In this document: in pieces, positions 25,426 through 35,604 of the stretch
Numbering within the stretch: the first letter of the stretch is position 1
Layout of the letters: each line of letters starts with the position of its first letter
Assembly: GCA_029547745.1 (NCBI GenBank)
Contig: JAKPOQ010000076.1
Coordinates: 1,627 to 65,626 of the forward strand
Direction: 5' to 3'
Origin: Actinomycetes bacterium
Lineage (GTDB): Bacteria; Actinomycetota; Thermoleophilia; UBA2241
DNA: 64,000 bases
Translations under genes and position numbers: made by a program
The notes under the pieces: generated by a model
Database searches by the model: none
What the model was told of the DNA's origin: nothing
Seen by the model: only the letters and a program-made list of their open reading frames with translations

Positions 25426-26987
25426 AACTGCGGCCCGAAGAGATCGCCGCCGTCCTCAAGGCGCAGATCGAGGGGTACGAGGCTGAGGTCGAGGTCGAAG
25501 AGGTCGGGACGGTGCTCGAGGTGGGCGACGGCATCGCGCGCATCTACGGGCTGCGCGACTGTATGGCCATGGAGATGTTGGAGCTGCCGCACGGGGTGAC
25601 CGGCCTCGCCCTCAACCTGGAGGAGGACAACGTCGGCGCCGTGCTTCTCGGTGAGGACACGCTGATCAAGGAAGGCGACCTCGTCAGGCGCACGGGCCGC
25701 ATCCTCCAGGTGCCGGTCGGCGAAGCCCTGATCGGTCGCGTCGTGAATCCGCTGGGCGAACCGCTCGACGACAAGGGGCCGATCGAGACCGATACCTTCC
25801 GTCCCGTCGAGTTCAAGGCCCCGGGCGTCGTCGACCGCCAGCCGGTCAAGGAGCCGCTGCAGACGGGCATCAAGGCGATCGACGCGATGATCCCGATCGG
25901 CCGTGGCCAGCGCGAGCTCATCATCGGCGACCGCCAGACGGGAAAGACGGCGATCATCGTCGATACCGTCATCAACCAGAAGGACGAGGACATCGTCTGC
26001 GTCTACGTGGCGATCGGCCAGAAGGCCTCGACGGTCATGCAGGTCGTACGCAAGCTTGAAGAGTACGGCGCCATGGACTACACGATCGTCGTCGCTGCGA
26101 CGGCATCCGCTTCGGCGCCCCTCAAGTACCTCGCCCCGTATGCGGGGGCGGCCATGGGCGAGTACTTCTGCTACGAAGGACGCCACGCCGTCGCGTTCTA
26201 CGACGACCTTTCGAAGCACGCCGACGCGTACCGGCAGATGTCGCTGCTGCTGCGTCGCCCGCCGGGCCGCGAAGCCTTCCCGGGCGACGTCTTCTACCTG
26301 CATTCGCGCCTGCTCGAACGCGCCGTCAAGCTAAGCGACGAACTCGGTGGCGGCTCGCTCACCGGCATCCCGGTGATCGAGACCCAGGCCGGCGACGTCT
26401 CCGCCTACATCCCGACTAACGTCATCTCCATCACCGACGGCCAGATCTTTCTGCAGAGCGACTTGTTCTACGCCGGCGTACGGCCGGCGATCAACATCGG
26501 CATCTCGGTGAGCCGTGTGGGCGGCGACGCGCAGATCAAGGCGATGAAGCAGGTCGCCGGCCGTCTGCGCATCGACCTCGCTCAGTACCGCGAGCTCGAG
26601 GCCTTCGCCCAGTTCGGCTCGGATCTCGACGAGACGACGAAACGGACGCTCGCCCGTGGGGCGCGCATGATCGAGATCCTGAACCAGGGACGTTTCGACC
26701 CCATGCCGGTAGAGCAACAGGTCGTCGTGCTGTTCGCCGGCACGCGCGGGTACGTGGACGACGTCCCGCTCGAACGCGTCGCCGTCTTCTGTCAGGATCT
26801 TCGCGATTACATGGCGGCGCAGCACGCGGACCTGCTCGCGCAGATCCGCGACGAGAAGCAGCTCTCGGACGAGACCGAGAAGCAGCTCGCCGCCGCCGTG
26901 CGTGAGTTCCTCAAGGGTTTCGACGCCGGCCCCGTGGCGCATCCGGTACACACGCCTGACGCCGCGACTGAGGAGGCGGCGGACTGA
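25422..26987 (+). CDS. atpA: F0F1 ATP synthase subunit alpha
   Basis: [17 protein letters not shown] (P-loop)...[21 protein letters not shown]. Confidence 0.97.
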   Translation: MKLRPEEIAAVLKAQIEGYEAEVEVEEVGTVLEVGDGIARIYGLRDCMAMEMLELPHGVTGLALNLEEDNVGAVLLGEDTLIKEGDLVRRTGRILQVPVGEALIGRVVNPLGEPLDDKGPIETDTFRPVEFKAPGVVDRQPVKEPLQTGIKAIDAMIPIGRGQRELIIGDRQTGKTAIIVDTVINQKDEDIVCVYVAIGQKASTVMQVVRKLEEYGAMDYTIVVAATASASAPLKYLAPYAGAAMGEYFCYEGRHAVAFYDDLSKHADAYRQMSLLLRRPPGREAFPGDVFYLHSRLLERAVKLSDELGGGSLTGIPVIETQAGDVSAYIPTNVISITDGQIFLQSDLFYAGVRPAINIGISVSRVGGDAQIKAMKQVAGRLRIDLAQYRELEAFAQFGSDLDETTKRTLARGARMIEILNQGRFDPMPVEQQVVVLFAGTRGYVDDVPLERVAVFCQDLRDYMAAQHADLLAQIRDEKQLSDETEKQLAAAVREFLKGFDAGPVAHPVHTPDAATEEAAD

Positions 26988-26988
26988 C

Positions 26989-29308
<2,320 letters not shown>

Positions 29309-29319
29309 GGACCCTTGCC

Positions 29320-29748
29320 ATGACCGAGAAAGCCCTGCATCTCGAGGTCGTCACGCCCGAGGGCGAGGTCTACCACGACGACGTCACCATGGTCGTCCTG
29401 CCCGGCGTCGAGGGCGAGCTCGGCATCCTCGCCCGCCACCAGCCGCTCGTCACTCTGCTGGACATCGGCGAGACGCGGGTCAAGCGGCTCGACGGGACGT
29501 ACGACTATATCGCCACTGGCGTGGGATACGCCGAAGTCCTGTTCGACAAGGTCATGGTGGTCGTCGATCACGGCGAGATCGCGGGGCGCATCGACGTCGA
29601 GCGCGCCGAAGAGGCGGCGCGGCGCGCCCGTGAGCAGCTCGAGCGTCGCGACGACCCCGGCGCGCGCGCCGAGATCGACTTCTACCGAGCCGAGCAGGCG
29701 CTGAGGCGCGCCGAGAACCGGCTGCGTGTGGCGCGGCGCGCGCTCTGA
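29320..29748 (+). CDS. atpC: F0F1 ATP synthase subunit epsilon
   Basis: MTEKALHLEVVTPEGEVYHDDVTMVVLPGVEGELGILARHQPLVTLL. Confidence 0.92.
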   Translation: MTEKALHLEVVTPEGEVYHDDVTMVVLPGVEGELGILARHQPLVTLLDIGETRVKRLDGTYDYIATGVGYAEVLFDKVMVVVDHGEIAGRIDVERAEEAARRAREQLERRDDPGARAEIDFYRAEQALRRAENRLRVARRAL

Positions 29749-29749
29749 C

Positions 29750-29768
29750 GCCGGCGCTTCGCGCCGGC
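29750..29768 (+). terminator. GC hairpin directly after atpC
   Basis: gccggcgc-ttc-gcgccggc. No U-tract. Confidence 0.35.
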
Positions 29769-29831
29769 GCCTCTGTCGCGCCGCATCGACCGCCCCCGTC
29801 ACACGCGCACGCTATACTTGCTGCCTGTCTG

Positions 29832-31118
29832 ATGGAAGGGAACCCCGAACACGCGGGGCGCCTGCTGGTCCGGGGCGGCGGTCGCCTGCTCGGCGACGTC
29901 GCGCTTTCCGGGGCCAAGAACTCGGCGCTCAAGCTCATGGCGGCCACTTTGCTGACGTCTGGGCCGTGTCGCATCCGGCGCACGCCGCGCATCAGCGACG
30001 TCGACACCATGACGGAGATGCTGCGCGCCCTCGGCGTCGACGTGGCGCGCGACGGCGACGAGCTGTTCGTCAGCGCCGCCGGCCATCTCAACGACTGTGC
30101 GCCTTACGAGCTCGTACGGACGATGCGAGCCAGCATCGTCGTCATGGGACCGCTGGTAGCGCGCCTCGGCGAGGCGATGATCGCCATGCCGGGCGGATGC
30201 AACATCGGTCCCCGGCGCATCGACTTCCACCTCCGCGGTCTCGAGAAGTTGGGCGCCGCGGTCGAGATCGAGCATGGCTTCATCAAGGTGCGCTGCGGCC
30301 AGCTGCGTGGCGCCGTCGTGTCCCTCGACTACCCGAGCGTCGGCGCGACCGAGAACCTCGTCATGGCAGCGACCGCCGCCGAGGGCGAGACGGTGATCGA
30401 GAACGCCGCCCGCGAGCCCGAGATCGCCGACCTCTGCGCCTACCTCCGCGGCATGGGTGCCGAGATCGAGGGGGAGGGGACGAGCACGGTGAGGGTGGCG
30501 GGCGGGAGGCCCCTCCACGGCGTGGACCACACCGTCGTCGCCGACCGCATCGAAGCAGGGACGTACCTGATCATGGGGGCCGCCACCGCGGGCGACGTCG
30601 CCGTTCACGGCCTTGACGCAGAGCACCTCGAACTGTTCCTCACCAAGCTTGGCGACATGGGGGTCGAGGTCGCGGCGCACGACGACGTCATCCGCGTGCG
30701 CCGCGACGGACCCCTGGCGCCGGTCGACGTGTCCACGCTGCCGCACCCGGGCTTCGCCACCGATCTGCAGGCCCAGATGATGGTCCTGCTGCTGCTCGCC
30801 GAGGGGACGTCGATCCTCACCGAGAACGTGTTCGAGAACCGCTTCGTCGTCGTCGACGAGCTCAACCGGCTCGGGGCCGGCATCACGACCAGCGGCCACC
30901 ACGCCGTGGTCAGCGGCCCGCGGGGCCTCACCGGCACGGTGGTCGAAGCGCCCGATCTGCGCGGGGGGGCCGCACTGGTCACCGCCGGCCTCGTCGCCGA
31001 CGGCGTGACCGAGGTCCGCGGCATGCATCATGTGGACCGCGGCTACGAAGACCTCGTCGGCAAGCTCGGGCGTCTCGGCGCGGACGTCGAGCGCGTCGCG
31101 GACCAGGGCGAGCGGTGA
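29832..31118 (+). CDS. murA: UDP-N-acetylglucosamine 1-carboxyvinyltransferase
   Basis: LSGAKNSALKLMAA...PGGCNIGPRRIDFHL...DLRGGAALVTAGLVA. The atp-murA order matches other Actinobacteria. Confidence 0.95.
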   Translation: MEGNPEHAGRLLVRGGGRLLGDVALSGAKNSALKLMAATLLTSGPCRIRRTPRISDVDTMTEMLRALGVDVARDGDELFVSAAGHLNDCAPYELVRTMRASIVVMGPLVARLGEAMIAMPGGCNIGPRRIDFHLRGLEKLGAAVEIEHGFIKVRCGQLRGAVVSLDYPSVGATENLVMAATAAEGETVIENAAREPEIADLCAYLRGMGAEIEGEGTSTVRVAGGRPLHGVDHTVVADRIEAGTYLIMGAATAGDVAVHGLDAEHLELFLTKLGDMGVEVAAHDDVIRVRRDGPLAPVDVSTLPHPGFATDLQAQMMVLLLLAEGTSILTENVFENRFVVVDELNRLGAGITTSGHHAVVSGPRGLTGTVVEAPDLRGGAALVTAGLVADGVTEVRGMHHVDRGYEDLVGKLGRLGADVERVADQGER

Positions 31119-33247
31119 GCGACGACACGACCTACACGGTCTATCGGTCGGGATGTGACGAGCCGGTGCGGCGCGCTGCGCGACCGCCGTTCGCCGGCCG
31201 CCCGGCGGTTTCCGCTGTAAGGCTGAGCCCGTCCGGGCCGGCTCTAGACCCGCTGGCGGCGCTGTCGCGGCGGCATGGCCGTCGCCGAAGGGGGTCTGTA
31301 CGAACCGTCCTCCTGTGGCTTCTGGCCGTGTCGGCGGCGGCTGCCGCAGCGGTCGTCTTCTGGTACCTGGGCCGGGGGCCGCTCCAGGACTTCTGGTCGG
31401 TCCTCGATCTCGCGCACACGACGGGCAGGGTGCCGGACTGGCTGCTGATCGGCGCGCCCGTCACGGTCGCCGCCGCCGGCGCCGCCGTGACGGCCTATCT
31501 TGCGTACGGACGGCGCCTTGCCGTGAAGATCGTCGGGCTCGCCGTGGTCGCCGTGGTCCTTGCGCTCCCCGGCTTCGCCCTTGGGTGGACGAACGGGACG
31601 CTCGGCGACATGGGCGATCGCAGCAGCGCGGTCGCAGCGGCGGTGAGCCATGCCCGGAACAAGCTCCGTCCGCCACTGCCCGACGAAGCGGTGAACATCC
31701 TCCTGATCGGCAGCGACGCGCGTCCGGGAGACCCGGGCAGAGCCGATACCCTCCTGCTCGTGCGCCTCGATCCCGACACGAAGAGCATCGCCATGCTGTC
31801 GTTTCCCCGGGATCTGTACGTCGAGCTTCCCGGGTACGGCCACGACAAGATCAACGTCGCCTACCCGTACGGCGGGGCGGCGCTCTGCGTCGAGACCGTG
31901 GGCCAGCTCACGGGGCTGCCGATCAACCACTTCATCGAGGTGGACTTCAGCGGCTTCTGGAACGTCGTCAATATCCTCGGCGGCGTCTACTACCCGGTCG
32001 ACCGTCGCTACTACAACCCCGAGAGCAGCTCCTGGAAATCCATCGACATCGCCCCCGGGTACCAGTTGCTCAGGGGCCACGACGCCCTCGACTTCGTCCG
32101 TTTCCGCCACGACGCCCGCGGCGACTTCTCGCGTATGCAGCGCCAGCAGACCTTCCTCAAGGAACTGCAGCGCCAGTCGGGACGCTGGAACAGGGACTGG
32201 AGGAGGGTCACCAAGCTGCTCACCGCCGTGACCCGCCAGGTGACCTCCGACCTTGATTCGCTCGACAGGCTCCTTCCGTTGGCCAGTCTCGCCCTCACGC
32301 TCGACACGAAAAACGTCCACCTTGTCCGTCTGGAGGGCGCGACCCAGACCATGGGCGACATCTCTTATGTCATCGCCTCCGAGGAAGAGGTCAAGGCTGC
32401 GGTGGCCGAGTTCTCGAACCCGACGCAGGCTCCCGTCTCCGGCGGCGGCAGGGTCATGGGGAAGAAGACCTATCGCGTGCGCGTCGTGAACGGCAGCGGC
32501 GTCCCGGGCATCGCCGCCACTGTCGCGACCCAGCTTCGCGACCTCGGCTACCAGGCCAAGGCGGTCGGCAACGCCGAGTCCTTCACATACACGGACACGG
32601 TCGTGTACGCACCCGAGGGCATGCGCCGGACCGCGGAGCAGTTCGTGCGTCTTCTGGCGCCGGCGGAGCTTCGCGCCTTGGAGCGGCGACCCGGCCTGTA
32701 CGACGGTGTCACGGTCGTCATCGGCTCGTCGTTCGACGGCACGGTCGCCGTGCCCGAGCCGCAGGAGGAGACTCCGGCCATCGTCGCCGCTCCGGGCCGC
32801 TACGATGAGGCGAGCTGGAAGGCGCTCGACGCGGAGACTCCGATGAAGCTGCAGATGCCCGGCGTCTGGGCGTCGGGGCTCGCGTACGACGAGTTCCGTG
32901 CCTACCGGATCGAGACGCCCGGCGGACGGCGGGCCGCGGCTGCCGTCGCAGTCGCGACGACGCCGAACGAGGGGTACTTCAGCATCCAGATGATGCGCTG
33001 GCTCGATCCGCCGGCGATCGCCGACCCGACGGCGAAGAAGACGATCGGCGGAACGACGTACCTGCTCTTCTACGAGGGTCCGGACCTGCACATGGTGGCC
33101 TGGCGTCGCGGCAACAGCCTGTACTGGGTGCTCAACACGATGGACGACCAGTTGCCAGCGGCTTTCATGATGGCCCTGGCGACGTCGTTCCAGCCGCTCG
33201 ATGGGGCGCAGGCCGTCGGCACGCCGTCGCCGTCCGCCTCGCCATGA
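31115..33247 (+). CDS. LytR-CpsA-Psr (LCP) family phosphotransferase with LytR_C domain and an extra C-terminal domain
   Basis: LLIGSDARPGDPGRADTLLLVRLDPDTKSIAMLSFPRDLYVELPGYGHDKINVAYPYGG (LCP core). YRVRVVNGSGVPGIAATVATQLRDLGY (LytR_C). N-terminal TM segments. Confidence 0.85.
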   Translation: MSDDTTYTVYRSGCDEPVRRAARPPFAGRPAVSAVRLSPSGPALDPLAALSRRHGRRRRGSVRTVLLWLLAVSAAAAAAVVFWYLGRGPLQDFWSVLDLAHTTGRVPDWLLIGAPVTVAAAGAAVTAYLAYGRRLAVKIVGLAVVAVVLALPGFALGWTNGTLGDMGDRSSAVAAAVSHARNKLRPPLPDEAVNILLIGSDARPGDPGRADTLLLVRLDPDTKSIAMLSFPRDLYVELPGYGHDKINVAYPYGGAALCVETVGQLTGLPINHFIEVDFSGFWNVVNILGGVYYPVDRRYYNPESSSWKSIDIAPGYQLLRGHDALDFVRFRHDARGDFSRMQRQQTFLKELQRQSGRWNRDWRRVTKLLTAVTRQVTSDLDSLDRLLPLASLALTLDTKNVHLVRLEGATQTMGDISYVIASEEEVKAAVAEFSNPTQAPVSGGGRVMGKKTYRVRVVNGSGVPGIAATVATQLRDLGYQAKAVGNAESFTYTDTVVYAPEGMRRTAEQFVRLLAPAELRALERRPGLYDGVTVVIGSSFDGTVAVPEPQEETPAIVAAPGRYDEASWKALDAETPMKLQMPGVWASGLAYDEFRAYRIETPGGRRAAAAVAVATTPNEGYFSIQMMRWLDPPAIADPTAKKTIGGTTYLLFYEGPDLHMVAWRRGNSLYWVLNTMDDQLPAAFMMALATSFQPLDGAQAVGTPSPSASP

Positions 33248-34872
33248 GCCTGCGGAGCGCCGCCCGCCGCCTGCTCGACCCCTGGGCGGGCCTGCTCCTC
33301 GCGGCGCTCATCGCTCTCGGCGTCGTGATCCTGATGTCCGCGCCCGGTCCTTGGCGCCTGATGGGCGGGGCGGAGGCTCCCCTGCGCGTGGAGCCTGCCG
33401 AGCCGTCCGACATCGCCGTGTTCGTGCTCGCCGGGCCGGCCGGTCACCGCTGCACGGCGGTCGTCTGGCTTCATGTCGACGTCCGACGCCCGGCGCTCAC
33501 GGCGACGCTGGTCGCGCCCGACACGCGTTGTCCCGTGACGGGCAGCGGGTATGCGCCGGTCAGGACGCTCGCCACGGACGTGAGCCCTGCGGCGGCGGCC
33601 GACGCTCTCGGCGAGGCCCTGGGAGTCACATTCGCCGGCTGGCTGACGGTCGAGCGCAGTGGGATGGAGCGGCTCTTCGCCGCCACCAGCGAACTGGGCG
33701 CGGCCCCCGGAGGGCGGGCGGCCTTCAAGACGTCGATGAGTGCGTTCGCGAGCCGTGCCGTCGGGACCGGGGTCCTGGCGCGCCAGCGCGACGCTCTGCG
33801 TCGCGCATTGCGCGCCCTCCCGTACGCGCACGTCAAGGCGAACGCGCTCGTGAACTACGTGCTGGGGTCGGAGGACATCGCCACCGATCTCGACCTGCGC
33901 AAGACGACGAAGTTGGTGGAGGCGGTCAAGGCGGTGTCCGAGGGCGATGTGGCGGTCGGCGTCGCGGCGGCGATCGTCGAGACCTGCGGGCCGGCGATGT
34001 CGTGGCGTCTCGACTGCAGCCGGCTGGAGTCGTTGCGCCTTTCGCTTGCCTTCGGGCTCGAGGCGGCGTCGCCGGGACCTCGCGTGCGCCGCATCCGCCG
34101 CGCGGCTGAAGTCTTGGTGGTCGCGCCCACCTCCGCCGTCGCGCTCGCCGCCGACTTGCAGGACGAGCTCGGACGTGCGGGGGCCTTGCCGGTCACGGTC
34201 GACGCCGTGGTCGCCGGCGCCGAAGGGGTTGCGCTCAGCGAGGCGGTCAGACGGCGCCGACCCCTCGCCGTGGTGCTCGTATCGGGTACGACGGCCGAGG
34301 ACGTCGCCCGGCTCAGGGATATGGGTGCGGCGCTGAAGACGGCCTTTCAACCCTGCGTCGTCGTCGGCGACGGTCGTGCGGGCGCCGGCCGCGCCGGCGA
34401 CGACGCGCTGCGCAAGGCCGCCGGCCCGGCGCCGGTAGTGGCGGTAGAAGTCGCGGGCGGCGCTGACCCGTCGCCGTCGCCCGGGTGGCTGTGCGCCGGC
34501 GATGAGGCGCGCCGCTGCGCGGCGCGCCTCATCGCCGGCGCCGTCGCGCGGTCGTGCTGGCCGGAGTACCTGGCCCCGGGCCTCGTCGGCACCCGCGTGG
34601 GGTTCAGCTATGCGGCGCGACGGACGGTCGAGGTGGCCGTCGTCGGCGCGGGTGGACTGCGGCTGCAGCCCTGGCTGGCAGCGTGCGGGTATCAGGTGCG
34701 GGAGACGGGAGGCGCGGCCGCGGGAGGTCCGGACGGACCGGCGGTCGTGTATCGGCCGGGCTACCGCCGCGCGGCGCTGACCGTGGCGGGCGACCTGCCG
34801 CGGCCGTCCCTCGCCGTGGCGCGCGACCCCGCGGCGCCCGCGGCGGTGACCGTGTCGGTCCCCGGCGAGTGA
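33244..34872 (+). CDS. hypothetical membrane-anchored protein, LCP-like but degenerate, with a LytR_C-like C-terminus
   Basis: ATGA overlap with the LCP gene. N-terminal TM segment LLLAALIALGVVILM. VFVLAGPAGHRCTAVVWLHVDVRRPALTATLVAPDT aligns by eye to the LCP core, with the RxDT Asp position replaced. VEVAVVGAGGLRLQPWLAACGYQV resembles LytR_C. Confidence 0.5.
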   Translation: MSLRSAARRLLDPWAGLLLAALIALGVVILMSAPGPWRLMGGAEAPLRVEPAEPSDIAVFVLAGPAGHRCTAVVWLHVDVRRPALTATLVAPDTRCPVTGSGYAPVRTLATDVSPAAAADALGEALGVTFAGWLTVERSGMERLFAATSELGAAPGGRAAFKTSMSAFASRAVGTGVLARQRDALRRALRALPYAHVKANALVNYVLGSEDIATDLDLRKTTKLVEAVKAVSEGDVAVGVAAAIVETCGPAMSWRLDCSRLESLRLSLAFGLEAASPGPRVRRIRRAAEVLVVAPTSAVALAADLQDELGRAGALPVTVDAVVAGAEGVALSEAVRRRRPLAVVLVSGTTAEDVARLRDMGAALKTAFQPCVVVGDGRAGAGRAGDDALRKAAGPAPVVAVEVAGGADPSPSPGWLCAGDEARRCAARLIAGAVARSCWPEYLAPGLVGTRVGFSYAARRTVEVAVVGAGGLRLQPWLAACGYQVRETGGAAAGGPDGPAVVYRPGYRRAALTVAGDLPRPSLAVARDPAAPAAVTVSVPGE

Positions 34873-35025
34873 GTGACCGTGTTGAGGGGCCGAGCGTGAG
34901 TGGAACGAGGATCGGATGGGCAACGTCGCCTCGGCGGCACGACCCGCTGGCGCCCCGGGACGGCGGTGGTCACCGCCAGGGGGCGATGAGGTTGCGAGCG
35001 GAACGCGGTGGCCGATGGAAGAGAC

Positions 35026-35057
35026 GGAACGGGGCGCCCCGAGGGGCGCCCCGTTCC
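35026..35057. terminator. perfect GC-rich palindromic hairpin between convergent genes (bidirectional terminator candidate)
   Basis: ggaacggggcgcccc / ggggcgccccgttcc arms lying between the gene ends at 34872 (+) and 35082 (-). Confidence 0.55.
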
Positions 35058-35081
35058 GCACGCGGATGAGACGTCGGTCGT

Positions 35082-35447
35082 CTACGAGCGCCGACGACGC
35101 AGAAGCGCACCGCTGCCGGCGAGGCCGGCCCCCGCTCCGAGGAGCATGAGGATCTCACCGCCGGTGAAGGCGAGCTCGCCTTCTTGCTCACCGGGGGCCT
35201 GGAGGCTCGCCAGGTAGTCTTCGAGGACGCCCTCGAGGTCCGTGTACTGCTGGTAGATCGCGTTCTCGCGCAGGTACTCGAGCGCGGCACGGATCTCGGC
35301 CGCCGTCCAGTCGCCGTCGATGGTGCCGTCCTTGGCATCTTCGATGATGGCGTCGATCGTCGCCTGGGACACGGCGAGAGCAGCCGACGCGAAGACGAGC
35401 GTGGCGACGGCGACGAGCATCAGCGCGACGAACAGCTTGACCTTCAT
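35082..35447 (-). CDS. small secreted protein with a C-terminal LAXTG-type cell-wall sorting signal
   Basis: Signal peptide MKVKLFVALMLVAVATLVFASAALA. C-terminus LAFTG followed by hydrophobic GEILMLLGAGAGLAGSGALL and an RRRRS tail. Confidence 0.7.
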   Translation of the reverse strand: MKVKLFVALMLVAVATLVFASAALAVSQATIDAIIEDAKDGTIDGDWTAAEIRAALEYLRENAIYQQYTDLEGVLEDYLASLQAPGEQEGELAFTGGEILMLLGAGAGLAGSGALLRRRRS

Positions 35448-35591
35448 ATCTTCACCCCCCTCCCCTCAGTAGCGCATGCCTGCGGGTCCGTCACATCATT
35501 CGATGTCTTATACCACGTGGGGACGAGGATGGGAACACTCCGGCGGAGGGCGTTCGTTCGCCGGTCGCCGCTCCGCGACGCGAGGGTCGGC

Positions 35592-35597
35592 TATACT
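35592..35597 (+). promoter_or_regulatory. -10 box TATACT placed 7 nt upstream of the ATG at 35605 (leaderless-transcript geometry)
   Basis: ggcTATACTgccgcacATG. Confidence 0.35.
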
Positions 35598-35604
35598 GCC
35601 GCAC

